Source of the DNA: Amoebophrya sp. A120
Taxonomy: Eukaryota > Protista > Dinoflagellata
Length of the DNA: 64,000 nucleotides
Direction of reading: 5' to 3'
Assembly (NCBI GenBank): GCA_905178155.1
Contig: CAJINV010000032.1
Coordinates: 57,488 to 121,487, forward strand
Shown here: in pieces, positions 49,440 through 61,786 of the stretch
How the letters are laid out: every line of letters begins with the position of its first letter
Numbering within the stretch: the stretch's first letter is position 1
Notes under the pieces: generated by a model
Database searches by the model: none
Seen by the model: only the letters and a program-made list of their open reading frames with translations
Told to the model about the DNA's origin: nothing
Program-made: the position numbers and the translations under genes

Positions 49440-50516
49440 TAAAAACCAAAACCACTGAGACAGGATCCAGCATCTTCTAATGTTGAGCAGGCTTAAAAGC
49501 CAAAACCATTGAGACAGGATCCGGCATCTTCCAATGCTGAGCAGGGTTAAAAGCCAAAACCATTGAGACAGGATCCGGCATCCTCCAATGTTGAGCAGGC
49601 TTGAAAACCAAAACCATTGAGACAGGATCCGGCATCTTCCAATGCTGAGCAGGGTTAAAAGCCAAAACCATTGAGACAGGATCCGGCATCCTCCAATGTT
49701 GAGCAGGCTTGAAAACCAAAACCATTGAGACAGGATCCGGCATCTTCCAATGCTGAGCAGGGTTAAAAGCCAAAACCATTGAGACAGGATCCGGCATCCT
49801 CCAATGTTGAAGCAGGCTTAAAAACTAAAACCATTGAGACAGGATCCGGCATCTTCCAATGCTGAGCAGGGTTACAAGCCAAAACCATTGAGACAGGATC
49901 CGGCATCTTCCAATGTTGAGCAGGCTTAAAAGCCAAAACCATTGAGACAGGATCCGGCATCCTCCAATGTTGAGCAGGCTTAAAAGCCAAAACCATTGAG
50001 ACAGGATCCGGCATCTTCCAATGCTGAGCAGGGTTAAAAGCCAAAACCATTGAGACAGGATCCGGCATCCTCCAATGTTGAGCAGGCTTAAAAACCAAAA
50101 CCATTGAGACAGGATCCGGCATCTTCCAATGCTGAGCAGGGTTAAAAGCCAAAACCATTGAGACAGGATCCGGCATCCTCCAATGTTGAAGCAGGCTTAA
50201 AAACTAAAACCATTGAGACAGGATCCGGCATCTTCCAATGCTGAGCAGGGTTACAAGCCAAAACCATTGAGACAGGATCCGGCATCTTCCAATGTTGAGC
50301 AGGCTTAAAAGCCAAAACCATTGAGACAGGATCCGGCATCCTCCAATGTTGAGCAGGCTTAAAAGCCAAAACCATTGAGACAGGATCCGGCATCCTCCAA
50401 TGTTGAGCAGGCTTAAAAGCCAAAACCATTGAGACAGGATCCGGCATCTTCCAGTGCTGAGCAGGCTTAAAAACTAAGACCATTGAGCAGGCTCAAAAAC
50501 CAAAACCATTGAGACT
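49440..50516. repeat. 54-bp tandem array (~20 copies) with a 379-bp higher-order period
   Basis: AAAACCATTGAGACAGGATCCGGCATC(T/C)TCCAATG(C/T)TGAGCAGG unit; a +1 A variant recurs at ~49810 and ~50189. Confidence 0.95.
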
Positions 50517-51050
50517 GATTCAAAATGTTTCCTTCAAGATGAACAACACCATCTTCCACATTGACATCTGAGCTAGCCTGTTTAAATATACTTCTTCATC
50601 CTTCTGTGCAGTTTTCTTCGTTCTCCCACAGTACAACGTCTATAGGTCGTGAGTGGAACACGGCCGAAAAAAGAAAAAACACGGACGCAGAAAGTATTGC
50701 TGCTAACCCGGAAGCTTCGTCTTGTTTTCATGCTTTTTCAATATGTGAGTGCCTTGCTTCATGTTGATTTCGTATCATGTGGGCCACTATGTATGCTGTT
50801 GATGTGTTGCACTAGGTGAAAAGCAAAATCCGTCACCATCGTCATCATCTTTGTGTTTGTCCGTAACATCATGATTTGTCTGCTGTCATGGATTTCTCTG
50901 TGAGTAGACGCACACACGAGCACAGATTTGTGACGCTCGACACCTTCTCCGCAACCCACAGGCCTTCCTGGTTGCGGTAGAACGCTCGGTCGGCAACGTC
51001 CTTGATGTGTAAAAAGCAAAATCCGTGCGTGAAGATAAACTGCGTCGCGT

Positions 51051-54000
51051 TCAGTCGTGTGAGGTCACGGGTCGGTGAAAAAAATTGTGTGCTAACGCCC
51101 TGTATGCAATGCAAAGATGTCTGGATCATCTGGAAAAACGGAAGACTTGTCATGCAGGTTTCATCCTATGACCCGTGAAGATTCCTGGCACAAATAACAA
51201 ACTAGCAAGATAGATTCTGTGAGATGTGTGTCATGCCTCTGCATGCGACACAGGTTTTTGCACGGTTGCAGACTTAGCATGACAAGTCGCGTCCTTCGAG
51301 ACGTAGACATCTTTACAAGGCATACCTTCTGCGACGTGATTCGGGTGGCCGGGTCCACGGTGAGGCGTTATCAAATGTAAAAATGTCTGGGCCTGAAAGA
51401 TTTCTAGACTTGTCATGCAGGTTTTGCATGAGTCTTGATGTCTGTGATGCGTGGCCTAGCATCACAGACTTTTTGAGGGCTTCTTGATGCCTATTCCGCA
51501 TTACAAATGCCATCTCAGCGTAGCAAAAAACGCATTCCCTTTGCTGCTCATGCAATACAGATTTTTTTACAATCCAAATGCAGCATCGCAAGTTCCAATC
51601 TTCCAGACCCAGATATTTTTACATTTGATAGGCGGGTATCGAATCCAAGATCTCTGGGTCTGGAAATGGATTTATGTTGCTGAGTCCTCATCTTGCAACA
51701 TAAGTATACACACTCGTCGCTTGTACGGCACTCCGGCATGACAGGGTTCTATTTCGCGAGATGTGTAATGAAGATTCTTTCATTCCTATATTTGCATGAC
51801 AAACGCCCGTGCAGCATAGCAGAAAATCTCGCCACCGCCAATCGTCTCCATGCATGACAGACACAGATCTGCTCAGTGTCCTTTGTTCAAGTCGTGCATT
51901 ACAGATCCAGACCCAGATCTTCGATATTTGCAATGCATAACACGCTTCGCAAATTGACCGGAAGAACTCGGTATGCAATGCAAAAGCATCGTACTAGTAT
52001 AAATCGCATGACAAATTTTCTCAGCATGAGAAAGAAAATTTGTAATGCGGATTTAACCTGAGAACGAAATTTGTAATGCATGAATGCGATTAGTACGAGT
52101 ACGATACTTTTGCACAGGATACTCGGCGTGGCCACCTGGTTCGCCTCCGGCGATCATGTTGGTATCAAGTGTAAAAATGTCTGGGTCTGGAAGAATGCGA
52201 ACTTGTAATGCAGATTTTACATGGCCCGTGACGTCTGTGATGTATTCCCTGGCATCACAGATTTTCTGAGTGCTTCTTGATGCCTATTCCGCATGACAAA
52301 TGGCCTCCCCGCGTAGCAGAAACTGGGCTCCTCTTGCTGGTCATGCAATACAGATTTTTCTAGAATCCAAAATTAGCATGACAAACTTGCATTCTTCCAG
52401 ACCCAGACATTTTTACATTTGATAGTTGGCTAGCGTGTCTTATTGCGAGGAAAAATCCCCCCTCCCAATATCGAAAAGGAAATTTGTGCTGCTGGATTTG
52501 CGTACACAAATCAGCTCTGTCTTGCGTACAAGGATGGAAACGGCACCCGTGTGGCGCATTGTACAGCGAGTCTGTCATGCTGTTTCGCCTATTTCAGACT
52601 TGTTGCGCATGTTCCGCTGCTGGCCGGATGCGTACCCAAATAGGGGCAGAGTATGCCGACAAGCTCTTACTGCAATAGAAAGTTCATTTGTGTAGGTGTA
52701 CGTCATGCAGCAACACGAATTGATGTCTTTTGAATTATGGGGTGGGGGATTGTTTCACTTTGATATGTCTACGGCCTCCTCTGGTGGTGTACAAGACCGC
52801 ACCTTATGCATTGCAAATAAGTATTCTGGGTCTGCAAAATAAGTAGTTGCACAAAGACGGCGTGGCACAGATGCATCAAAGATTGTGTAAAAGCTTGCTT
52901 CTTAATGCCGAACCCGCATGTTGACACATGGCAAATTATCGGGCTTATGCAACACAGATTTCTATTTGTGCGATCCAGCTGTTAGTTCAGCATGACACGT
53001 TGCATAATGTTTTTCTCAGACCCAGTTCGATGCTTTCCATGCGTAGACCTGTCGTGAGTACCACATCTTGTCGAGCCCTTGCACCGGATTCTTCCATCTT
53101 CGAAAGGCCCCGCGAAACTTCGACTCCCGCCCAGTTCGCAAAAAAGCATCGCTGAAGCATCCGCCTATGGTCTGCATCTGCAGCATCTGCTGCACATACC
53201 CTAGGTAGTTGCTCGGCGCAGAATCACGGCTGCGGTCGCTACCGGAGCCCTCTATCGCAAGAAAAAACTGTTTCACTGTAAACTTGTAATGCAGAAAATG
53301 CATCTACCGAGAAGTGTTTGTCTTGCTACACATGCAAGACAATGGATTTTGATCTGTGTTTTCCCTTAGGAATCTCGCATGGCAAATTTTCTCTGTCATG
53401 TAGGACAAACTTGTGATGCAAAATAACTTGCAAAATTCTTACAGTGAAACACTTTTTTCGTACGATACCCTCGCTTCCACTGCTAGTGACGTTCAAGATA
53501 TCACCGAGGTATAGCTCCATTAGTATGCATCCGAAGGAGTAGACATCCGCTCGCGCGTCCCACGCGGCTCCAATCATCACTTCGGGGCTGCGGTAGCTTG
53601 GGGTAGAAATTTCCGCGTTGTTTGGTCGTCCGTGCTCGTCCTGAAAGATTGCCCCACCGCAATCGATATGGATTGTAAAAATGTCTGGGTCTGGAAGAGT
53701 GTGAACTTGTCATGCAGGTTTTCCATGACCCGTGAGGTCTGGAATTCGGGGCCTAGCATGGCAGAGTCTGAGAGGTCTCTTTCATGCCTATCCTGCATGA
53801 GAAACTACCTCCCGACTTGGTCAAAACTGGACGACTTTTGGTAATCATGCAACACAGATTTTTGCATGCTGCAGATTTAGCATGACAAGTTGCAATCTTC
53901 CAGACCCAGACATTTTTACATTTGATAATCGATTATCTTGATTTTCGCAACTGTCGGACGCCGGTACTCGCCGTCTTGGAAGCACTATCCTGAGGAAAAA

Positions 54001-57000
54001 CGTACCCACACCAGAGTTGTAATGCAGATTTGCAAAGACAGGAAGACTTGTAACGCGCATCCCCATGAGAGCCATTTCCAATCGTGTTTTGGAATTTGTG
54101 ATGCTGTGAACAGGACGAGCAGATAAATCTGTGATGCGGCTGCCCTTGCTAACCTGCACTACACTGAAGAGTGCAACTTGTCATGCGTGACCCACAAAAC
54201 TCCTAGGTTTGCGTTGCATCATCCCCATCCTGACTCTGGTGTGGGGACGTTTTTACACAGGATAAGCGCCCCTGCTTGATTGCCCCGTCTACCTCCCTCC
54301 GGGTGGGTCCCACTGCGTGGCCTAAAAAACTGCGACACTGGTTCTGCGTCCATTGTCGGTAGTCGTCCCCCCCAGCCTGCTATCAACTGTAAAAATCCCT
54401 GGATGTCTGGAAGAATTCATGTTTGTCATGCTTGTCTGGCATGACTCTTAAATCTGTCATGCACGTTACCCAAGAGCTCCGTTTTTCTGTCATGCAGAAA
54501 CGTAGTTTGTCATGCAGAATAGGCAACACCTAAAAGCTCAGAAACTTGTCATGCTGAGCCAGCAGTTGTGGCCTCCTCATGATACGCCACACAGCATCAC
54601 AAGTTTCCAGACATCCTGGGATTTTTGCATTTGATACCTGCCGGGCTTTGTCCTCGTCGAAGCACCTTGCCGGTGGACGTGTCGCGTAGGTCGCAGGAAA
54701 TTGGAACAATATGTTCTCCGGCTTGAGGTCGGTGTGCACGCATTTGATAGAGTGAAGAAATGCTAAACCCTCGAACGTGTCCTTCGCAACCTGCTGGATG
54801 TCTTGTAAAAACATCGGTCTCTATTTCAAAGTGAAAAAAGCCCCCACGACCCCATAGTCAGAAGACAATTTGTGTTTTCTTTTTACCGGATTTTTTGTGT
54901 ACACAAATGAACTTTGTATTGCAGCAAGAGCTTGTCGGCATACTTATTCGGAGCCCATTTGGGAAGCATCCGGCTAGCAGCTTCGCCTGAGAAGCAAGGC
55001 TGACATAGGCGAAAACGCATGACAGCTTCGCTGTACAACAATGCGCCAGAACTACACGGCTGCGGCCCTTTGCCTTCGCCTTGTATGCAAGACAAAGCCG
55101 ATTTGTGATCACAAATTAACATCACAATAATTTCTTTTTCAATATGGGGAGGCGGGGGGGTTTTTCCTCTCAGTACTGTATTGATTGCCGGTCAAATGGT
55201 GGTACAGGCTGGCTTATGAAATGCAAAAGCATCGTACTAGTAGCAATCGCATTACAAATTTGCTCAGCATGAAAAATGGAATTTGTAATGAGGATTTAGG
55301 TTAGGGGGGAGATCTGTAATGCATGACTGCGATTACTACGAGTACGATACTTTTGCACAGGATATGGCTGCGAGGCTTTCGAAGACCATGACGAGATTAT
55401 GAACTGCAAAAGTATAGTACTCGTAGCACATGCATTACAAATGTTTTTCTTGAGGTAAAAATAAAAAATCCGCATTACGTTTACAAATTTTCTTTCTCAT
55501 GTTGAGGCATTTAATACTATATACGAGTACAAGACTTTTGCATTCCATAGAAATGTCGCCCGTGCGTGAACTGATCCACGAGCTGCACAATTCTCTTCTT
55601 ACCAGCACAAACGCCGTCTTTGAACTCCTTGCCCTGTTCCTGAATTTGCAGCAGAATTCGGTACTCGTCTTCAGCGTCTTGTCGAGGTTTTTCGCTGGAT
55701 TTAATCACCTTCGCAGCATATTGTGAGGAAAAATCCCCCCTCCCCATAATGAAAAGGTACATTTTTGGAAATTTGTGATGCTTATTTGTGGTCACAAATC
55801 GTCTCTGTCTTGCAAGGAGGCAAACCCAGAAGACTTCCCGCATTATGCCAGCGGTTTGTGATGCTTTTGGGCCTACGGCATAGACTTTTGTCATGCTGGG
55901 CGCCTAGGCTAAAACCTCTCCGCTCAGGCTTGCTACGGGCCTGCAGTCCTCTAATGCAAGACAGGGCTGATTTGTGTACGCAAATCCAGCATCAGAAATT
56001 TCGTTTTGATATGGGGAGGGGGAATTTTTCCTCGCAATACAGCAAAGTCTTTGTTCTGCACCTCGAGAATTCCGCGTGCAGCAGCTTCTTATCCTGAGTA
56101 AAAACGTACCCACCCCAGAGTTGTAATGCAGATTTGCAATGACAAAGACATTTGTGATGCGCATCCCCATGAGAGCCATTGCCAATCGTGTTTTGGAATT
56201 TGTGATGCTGTGAACAGGATCAGCAGGTCGATTTGTGATGCGGCTTTCCTTGCTAACTTGCACTACCTTACGGACTGAAACTTGTCATGCGTGACTCCCA
56301 AAACTCCTAGGTTTGTGTTGCAAAATCCCCATCTTGACTCTGGTGTGGGTACGTTTTTACTCAGGATACTTCTTCCTCCGTCCCCACGAACTTCACCTGG
56401 ATCACTCGGCCAAACGTGTCGTTATGAATTGAAAACGTTTCTGGGTCTCCTGGACGATGATTTCGAAGTAGTTTGCCATGCTATTTTGGTATGACTCTAC
56501 TGCGCCCTGTGCCGCGTGGCCTCGCAGAGCTCCTCGCGTAACGCAGTTTCTCATGCGAGACACACAACACAGAGCCACGAAAAAACAAAAGCTGTCATGC
56601 TTGGCGACACATCATACTGTCCTTATGGTTCACTGACATGCATCACAAGTTTCCAGACCCAGACATATTTGCCGTGGATATCCGTCTCCCAAGTGCGATC
56701 CGATCTGCCATTTCTCCTCGTCTCCTAGGAACTGGAGTATGACAGTGCACAACTCCCTCTCCAAAACTCCAAATCCAAGTCCTTCCCTGTGGCACTGTTT
56801 GGATGACAGATTCCGGAAGCCCAAACAGTACTACAACAGGCGCATGAACTTGTCATGCACAGGCTCCAGGTGTGGCGGTGTTTGTGTTGCTGTTCATGCA
56901 ATACAAATCAGGAGGAGGTGGAGTTATGCACTCTCATATGGAGGTTGGAAAATTGAAAATGCTCGGGGCTGGTGCTACGACTGGAAGATCGGTCGCCGCC

Positions 57001-59263
57001 GCGTGATTCGCGTCTCTGCGCTTGTATCCAATGCAAAAATGTCTCGGTCTGGAAGAATGCAGATTTTTGTCATGCTGTTTTTGCACGACACAAAATGTTT
57101 GTCATGGAAGCCCTACCATCACAGACTTCAAGAAGCTTCCGCATTGCTTAATCCGCATGACAAATCCCCCATTTTACTGACAGGAATTGGGCACCTTTTG
57201 CTGCCTATGCATGAGAGATTTGTCTGTGTTGTGAAATGCGCATCACAAGTCCGCATCCTTCCAGACCCAGACATATTTGCAATGCATAGCTTGATGGGTA
57301 AATTGAAAGCGTTCGCGTCTACGAATGGAAGATCGGTCGCGGCCTGGTTGTCGTCTCTGCGCTTGATAATTCCCGCCTCGTTCATCCGCGATCCGACGCT
57401 GCCTGCTATCCTCCCACTCTCGTCGTTTCGCTCCCCTCCTGCTCCCCTCCTCCTCCGGCTCGTTTCGCTCTCGTCGTCTCTCTCCCCCGCGGCTTTCCCG
57501 TCCTCCGGATCGCTGCCTATCGCCGGCCCGCCGTACATTTTCGCGTCCTAATATCCACTGCAAACATGTGTGGGTCTGGAAAAGTCGTGTAAAAGTCTGT
57601 CATGCAGGTTTTGGAGTATAAATATTCTCGAATTATTTGCACATCGCTAATGCAAAAGTAGCAAATTACAGGCTTGCGCGAGGTCTCTTGGTGCGCCCCA
57701 CTGTCTCGCATGAGAACTGCGCTGTTTGCGTAGCGGAATACGGGCAGCTCTTCGAGCCTCTGTACTACAGATATATAATATGTGTGATGCAGAGTTTGCA
57801 TTACAAGTTGAAGTTTCCGTCCACCATCCTTCCAGACCCACACATGTTTTCCAGCCGTATGCTGCTCCTGCTGACGAGTCTGCCCTCCTTGCCGTCCGTT
57901 TCTCTTGCTTTCACTCCGTCGTCTACCTCGGGTTTTTCTGCAGTGTAAAAGTATTGCACTCGTATAAGTGCATTACAAATTTCCTCAGCATGAGAAATAA
58001 AATTTGTAATGCTGATTTACCTTGAGAAAAAGATTTGTAATGCATGATTGCAATACGAGTGCGATACTTTTGCACAGGATAGCTCTGCTGCGCCGGTCCT
58101 CCAGATCGCGAGCACGACCTCGTCGCTCGACAGCATCTCCGACACTATCCTGTGCAAAAACTTCCCCACCCCGTAGTGAAGCATGGGGATTGGCTACACA
58201 AAGCCAACGTCTTTTGGCTGTCGCGCATGACAAGTTTGGGCTCGCCGTGTAATAGCGTTTTCCTTTTGTAGCTGCATCACAAATCGATCCGCTCATGCTG
58301 ATTCTAGCATGACAAACTGCCAGACAGCATAATACAGAATTCTCTTCATGGGGCTCTGTATGGCAAAACATTATGAGGCTTGCGAACTTGCATGACAACT
58401 ATGGGCGGGGGACGTTTTTACTCAGGATAACCACCTCCGGAGGTCCGCCTTCTGCTACGGGTTCCACGTCGGCTGCGTTGTCCTTTCTGGTGGTTGGTAT
58501 GGAAAGAAAAAAAAGTGCTGAAGAAGTTGTACACTGTGCTTTAGGAAAACAAATCCAAGGCAGGCAGTACCAGTTTCAACATCCGCGTTTTATTTAGTAA
58601 CCTCTCCTATGCAGATGATGCATGCCGGGTTTGCATGCTGAAGCTCAAGTCCCAAATCATGTCAACGCGTAATAAAACTGCAAAAGCAATTTTTTTCTAT
58701 GCGTACTCGAAGACGACGTCGCTGCTATCACGAAGATGGCCCCCTCGTCGAACGTCGTCACTGCGTGAAAAGCGAGCGGCGCCGGGTGCAGCGTGCGGGC
58801 TGGGAGATGGCCGCGTCGTGCCCCGTTGATTCGTGCGGGGTTTGCCTTGATGACCACGGTGGTCGTGTTGGTGGTGGTGGTAGGCACTACTCGACGGCGC
58901 CGCGTTTCCGGTTTGCGGCTGGCTCACGTGCCGCGCGCCGTCGTTCTCGTTGCCGATGCTGTCCGCATGCCCGGGCAACCTGGGCCATCCGAGCAGCTCT
59001 GCGATTTCCGGCGAAGCTTCGGGGAGGCCTTCCATGTCCCGTAGCGTCAAACTGAGATAAAGAGCCGTTTCTAGCATGTCCACATCTTCGCCATCTCCTA
59101 CCGCGTTCTGAAATATCCGCACCTTGCCCCGGATGTCGGCTTGCTGGTTGATCGTTTTAAATAGCGCGTCGTAAGTTCTCCGCTTCTCGGCGTCGTCCTG
59201 GTACTGCCTGAATCTGCGCCATGCCCTCCTATATGCGGCTGAATATGCTGCGTGAAACTGCAT
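51051..59263 (-). CDS. CMGC protein kinase, CLK/LAMMER-like (K2); Arg/Ser-rich N-terminus; 23 introner introns
   Basis: LGDGTFGRV, YAAKVI, HTDLKPENIL, IIDCG, STPSYRSPEV, DVYSFGCILMELY, CLTVDPATRITSQKALAHNF; introns start at 58498, 58146, 57937, 57552, 57025, 56738, 56423, 56090, 55719, 55398, 55215, 54822, 54381, 53986, 53667, 53253, 52805, 52441, 52163, 51972, 51637, 51369, 51103; start codon uncertain. Confidence 0.9.
51972..52121. mobile_element. Introner, family B
   Basis: Perfect CTCGG/CTCGG. Confidence 0.94.
52163..52424. mobile_element. Introner, family A
   Basis: Perfect GTTGG/GTTGG. Confidence 0.94.
52441..52765. mobile_element. Introner, family E
   Basis: Perfect TGTCT/TGTCT. Confidence 0.9.
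53253..53467. mobile_element. Introner, family C
   Basis: Perfect CCCTC/CCCTC. Confidence 0.94.
53667..53927. mobile_element. Introner, family A, in the kinase DxG motif
   Basis: Perfect ATCGA/ATCGA; splits IID|CG. Confidence 0.94.
53986..54264. mobile_element. Introner, family D (279 bp; TATCCTGAGnAAAAACGTACCCAC)
   Basis: Flanks AGCAC/AGCGC; sisters 56090-56368 and 63016-63294 have the same length. Confidence 0.94.
55215..55364. mobile_element. Introner, family B
   Basis: Perfect TGGCT/TGGCT. Confidence 0.93.
55719..56039. mobile_element. Introner, family E
   Basis: Perfect CAGCA/CAGCA. Confidence 0.93.
56090..56368. mobile_element. Introner, family D
   Basis: Perfect CTTCT/CTTCT. Confidence 0.94.
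56423..56680. mobile_element. Introner, family A, in the kinase Gly-rich loop
   Basis: Splits LGDG|TFG; flanks GTCGT/TCCGT. Confidence 0.9.
56738..56938. mobile_element. Introner, family F
   Basis: Perfect TGGAG/TGGAG. Confidence 0.92.
57025..57288. mobile_element. Introner, family A
   Basis: Perfect GCTTG/GCTTG; the paralogous internal repeat at ~57352-57366 lacks it. Confidence 0.94.
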
Positions 59264-59362
59264 CTCCGCTGTTCAGCGTAAGCCCGCCGAAAACTCTGAC
59301 GTTTCCGCTTTGAAAGAAGGTCCCACCCGCGATGGACGTCTGATCGGTTCGTGTCAAAGAGT

Positions 59363-59539
59363 TATCAAATGCAAAAACGTCGGGGTCTGGAAGATTCTGA
59401 GACCTGTCATTCATATTTTGCATAAGCACAAACTGCAACTAGACTTGTCTTGCTGGTCATGCAATACAAATTTTTTTGGAGTCCAAAGTTAGCATCACAA
59501 GTTCCAACCTTCCAGACCAAGACATTTTTGCATTTGATA
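59363..59539. mobile_element. Introner/MITE, family A, internally deleted (177 bp)
   Basis: TATCAAATGCAAAAACGTC ... GACATTTTTGCATTTGATA. Confidence 0.85.
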
Positions 59540-60399
59540 AAAGGGCTGCTCAACTCCTGCTCGTTAGGACTCGACGTCAGGAGTCCACTGAGAGACGATC
59601 GGGATCTTCGCCATAAATAATCTGACGCATGAACAATTATACCACATGCAGGCTTGATGAAAATTACTCGACGAGATCTACATACGTGCTAGGCGTTGTC
59701 GAAACAAGAATGGCATAGCTACGCGCTTCGTGTTGTCGTGTTGCACGCGTGTAGTTTTGTAGTCCTCTCTTGCCACAGGTTACAGCACATACATCCTCTC
59801 TTGCTACAGAGAATTACAGCACACACATTCTTAGTTTTGTGTGTGAAACAATAATCGAATTGCAACAACTGCGAAGGACCACTGAGACACGACGGAGCTG
59901 CCCGGAGGAGAATACTAGACGGTAGCCGAAAATATTAAACCTCTACGATCTATCAAGTAGGTTGTTCACAACATACAAGACACGAGTTTTCGCGGCCCCG
60001 ACTGGTACACGGCATTAGATGATATTATTAACCTCGGCTTCTGATTATAAAACAGAACTTACTTGTTTTTCTAGGGATCCTCCAGTTATGATGCTGTCAA
60101 AGCGTCACTGTATCTTATCTTCTGGTCGTCAAATGGTCCACCAAAACTGATGATGTAAATCTGATGAATTTATTCTATTCGGCGCTTTCGCCTCAGAATA
60201 TCCTTTTACGACCCTGCATTCTCATTATCGCCTGGATTGGTACTCTATCTGCTGCTGAAACCGATTGAAAAGATTGTGCTGCTGATGTAGAAGAAGAAGA
60301 AGAAGAAGAAGAAGATGATGATGACAAAGTAGAAGCATTTCTGTAGTTGGAGCTGTTATTCGAGGAACCAGATTATCCTCCAAAACTCCTTTGTTGCTT

Positions 60400-61375
60400 C
60401 ACTTGGACTGCTGTTGGACAAACGAACCGAGAGGAAAATAAGCCTCTTCATCCTCACTTGTCCTCTACGCCAGAGGTAAAACAAAGATCATCCTCACCCG
60501 TGACTAGTAGCCATCAAATATGTACGAATTTGGATCTCCATCTCGTTAGCCCCCTTAGCAGACAAAAATATTAAAGACTGGCATCTAATAATCCGTAGCT
60601 GTTGTACCTGTACCTCATAGCTCTGCTATTGTAGTAGAAATCGAAAGGTGGTGGAAAATAGCGTGCTGGAGTGGCTGCACGGCATCTTTCTGAAACTGCC
60701 TTGAACTTGTCCAAAAGTGGGCATCTTTTGGTAATCATGCAACACAATTTTTTGGTACGATGCAGATTTAGCATGACAGGTTGCAACCTTCCAGAGGACC
60801 CAGACATATTTGTTGCTTCACTTGGACTGCTGTTGGACAAACGAACCGAGATGGAATAGATAAGCCTCTTCAAATCCTCACTTCTTTAGGCTAGAGATAA
60901 ACAATCAAGATCATTCTCGTCCGTCGTGATTACTGCCAAATATGTACGAATTTGGATCAACATCTCTTTACTGTTGTTTTAGTACTTATTCTGATCTTTC
61001 CCATCGTGATTCTCGACTCTTTCACGACCCTGCAGCTCGTCCGTGAAAAATAAACAGGAAAGAACGTTTTCAAAGATATATCTTTTGCCTTCGAGTCGGA
61101 GTGGCAACACACTTCTCGTTGAAAAAACATAAATAAAATAAGCCTCTTCATCCTCACTTCTCTACGCCAGAGATAAAAAAATGAAGATCATGCTCATCCG
61201 TGACAAGTAGCCATCAAATATGTACGAATTTGGATCTCCATCTCGTTAGCCTTAGCAGACAAAAAAGACTGGCATATAATAATCCGAAGCTGTGCGTGTG
61301 CCTCACAGCTCTGTTATTGTAGTAGAAATCGGGAGGTGGAAAATAGCGTGCTGGAGCGGCTGCACGGCATCGGCA
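60400..61375. repeat. Three diverged tandem copies of a ~150-290-bp segment
   Basis: ATAAGCCTCTTCA...AAATATGTACGAATTTGGATC at ~60438, ~60860 and ~61138. Confidence 0.8.
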
Positions 61376-61786
61376 TGTAGAAAATATTGGTAGTCTTTTG
61401 AAACGCTTCTGCTCCTGCAACCTCTGCTGCAACACAAAGTCCAATTTTTTATTCTCAAGATGATTGAAAATGAAAAGCATCGCTACTCTAGTGTCTATAT
61501 TCTCAAAATCGAATTAGTCGTGGTAGGAACTACCTAGTTGTACGTATTGAATTTTATTTCGCAGAAAAGAAGTGGTAAAACTTGTTCAGAATCGACAGAA
61601 AGGGAAAAGTTTCGCTTCTGGGTCTGGGCCTTGCTGGTAGTAAAATACAGTTGTGTGAAGAACATATTCATTGGTGAATACAATTCGCCACATTCGAGCC
61701 AAAATTGTGAAACACCTACATGAATAATTGTATTTTCGAGCAGGTTTTCATGCAGGTCTGCATTTCCACCACCACCGACTTTCGCA

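Noticed and set aside
49477-50483. 18-aa repeat protein (MPDPVSMVLAFNPAQHWK)n
   Set aside because: Interrupted by +1 indels, with no unique flanking coding sequence.
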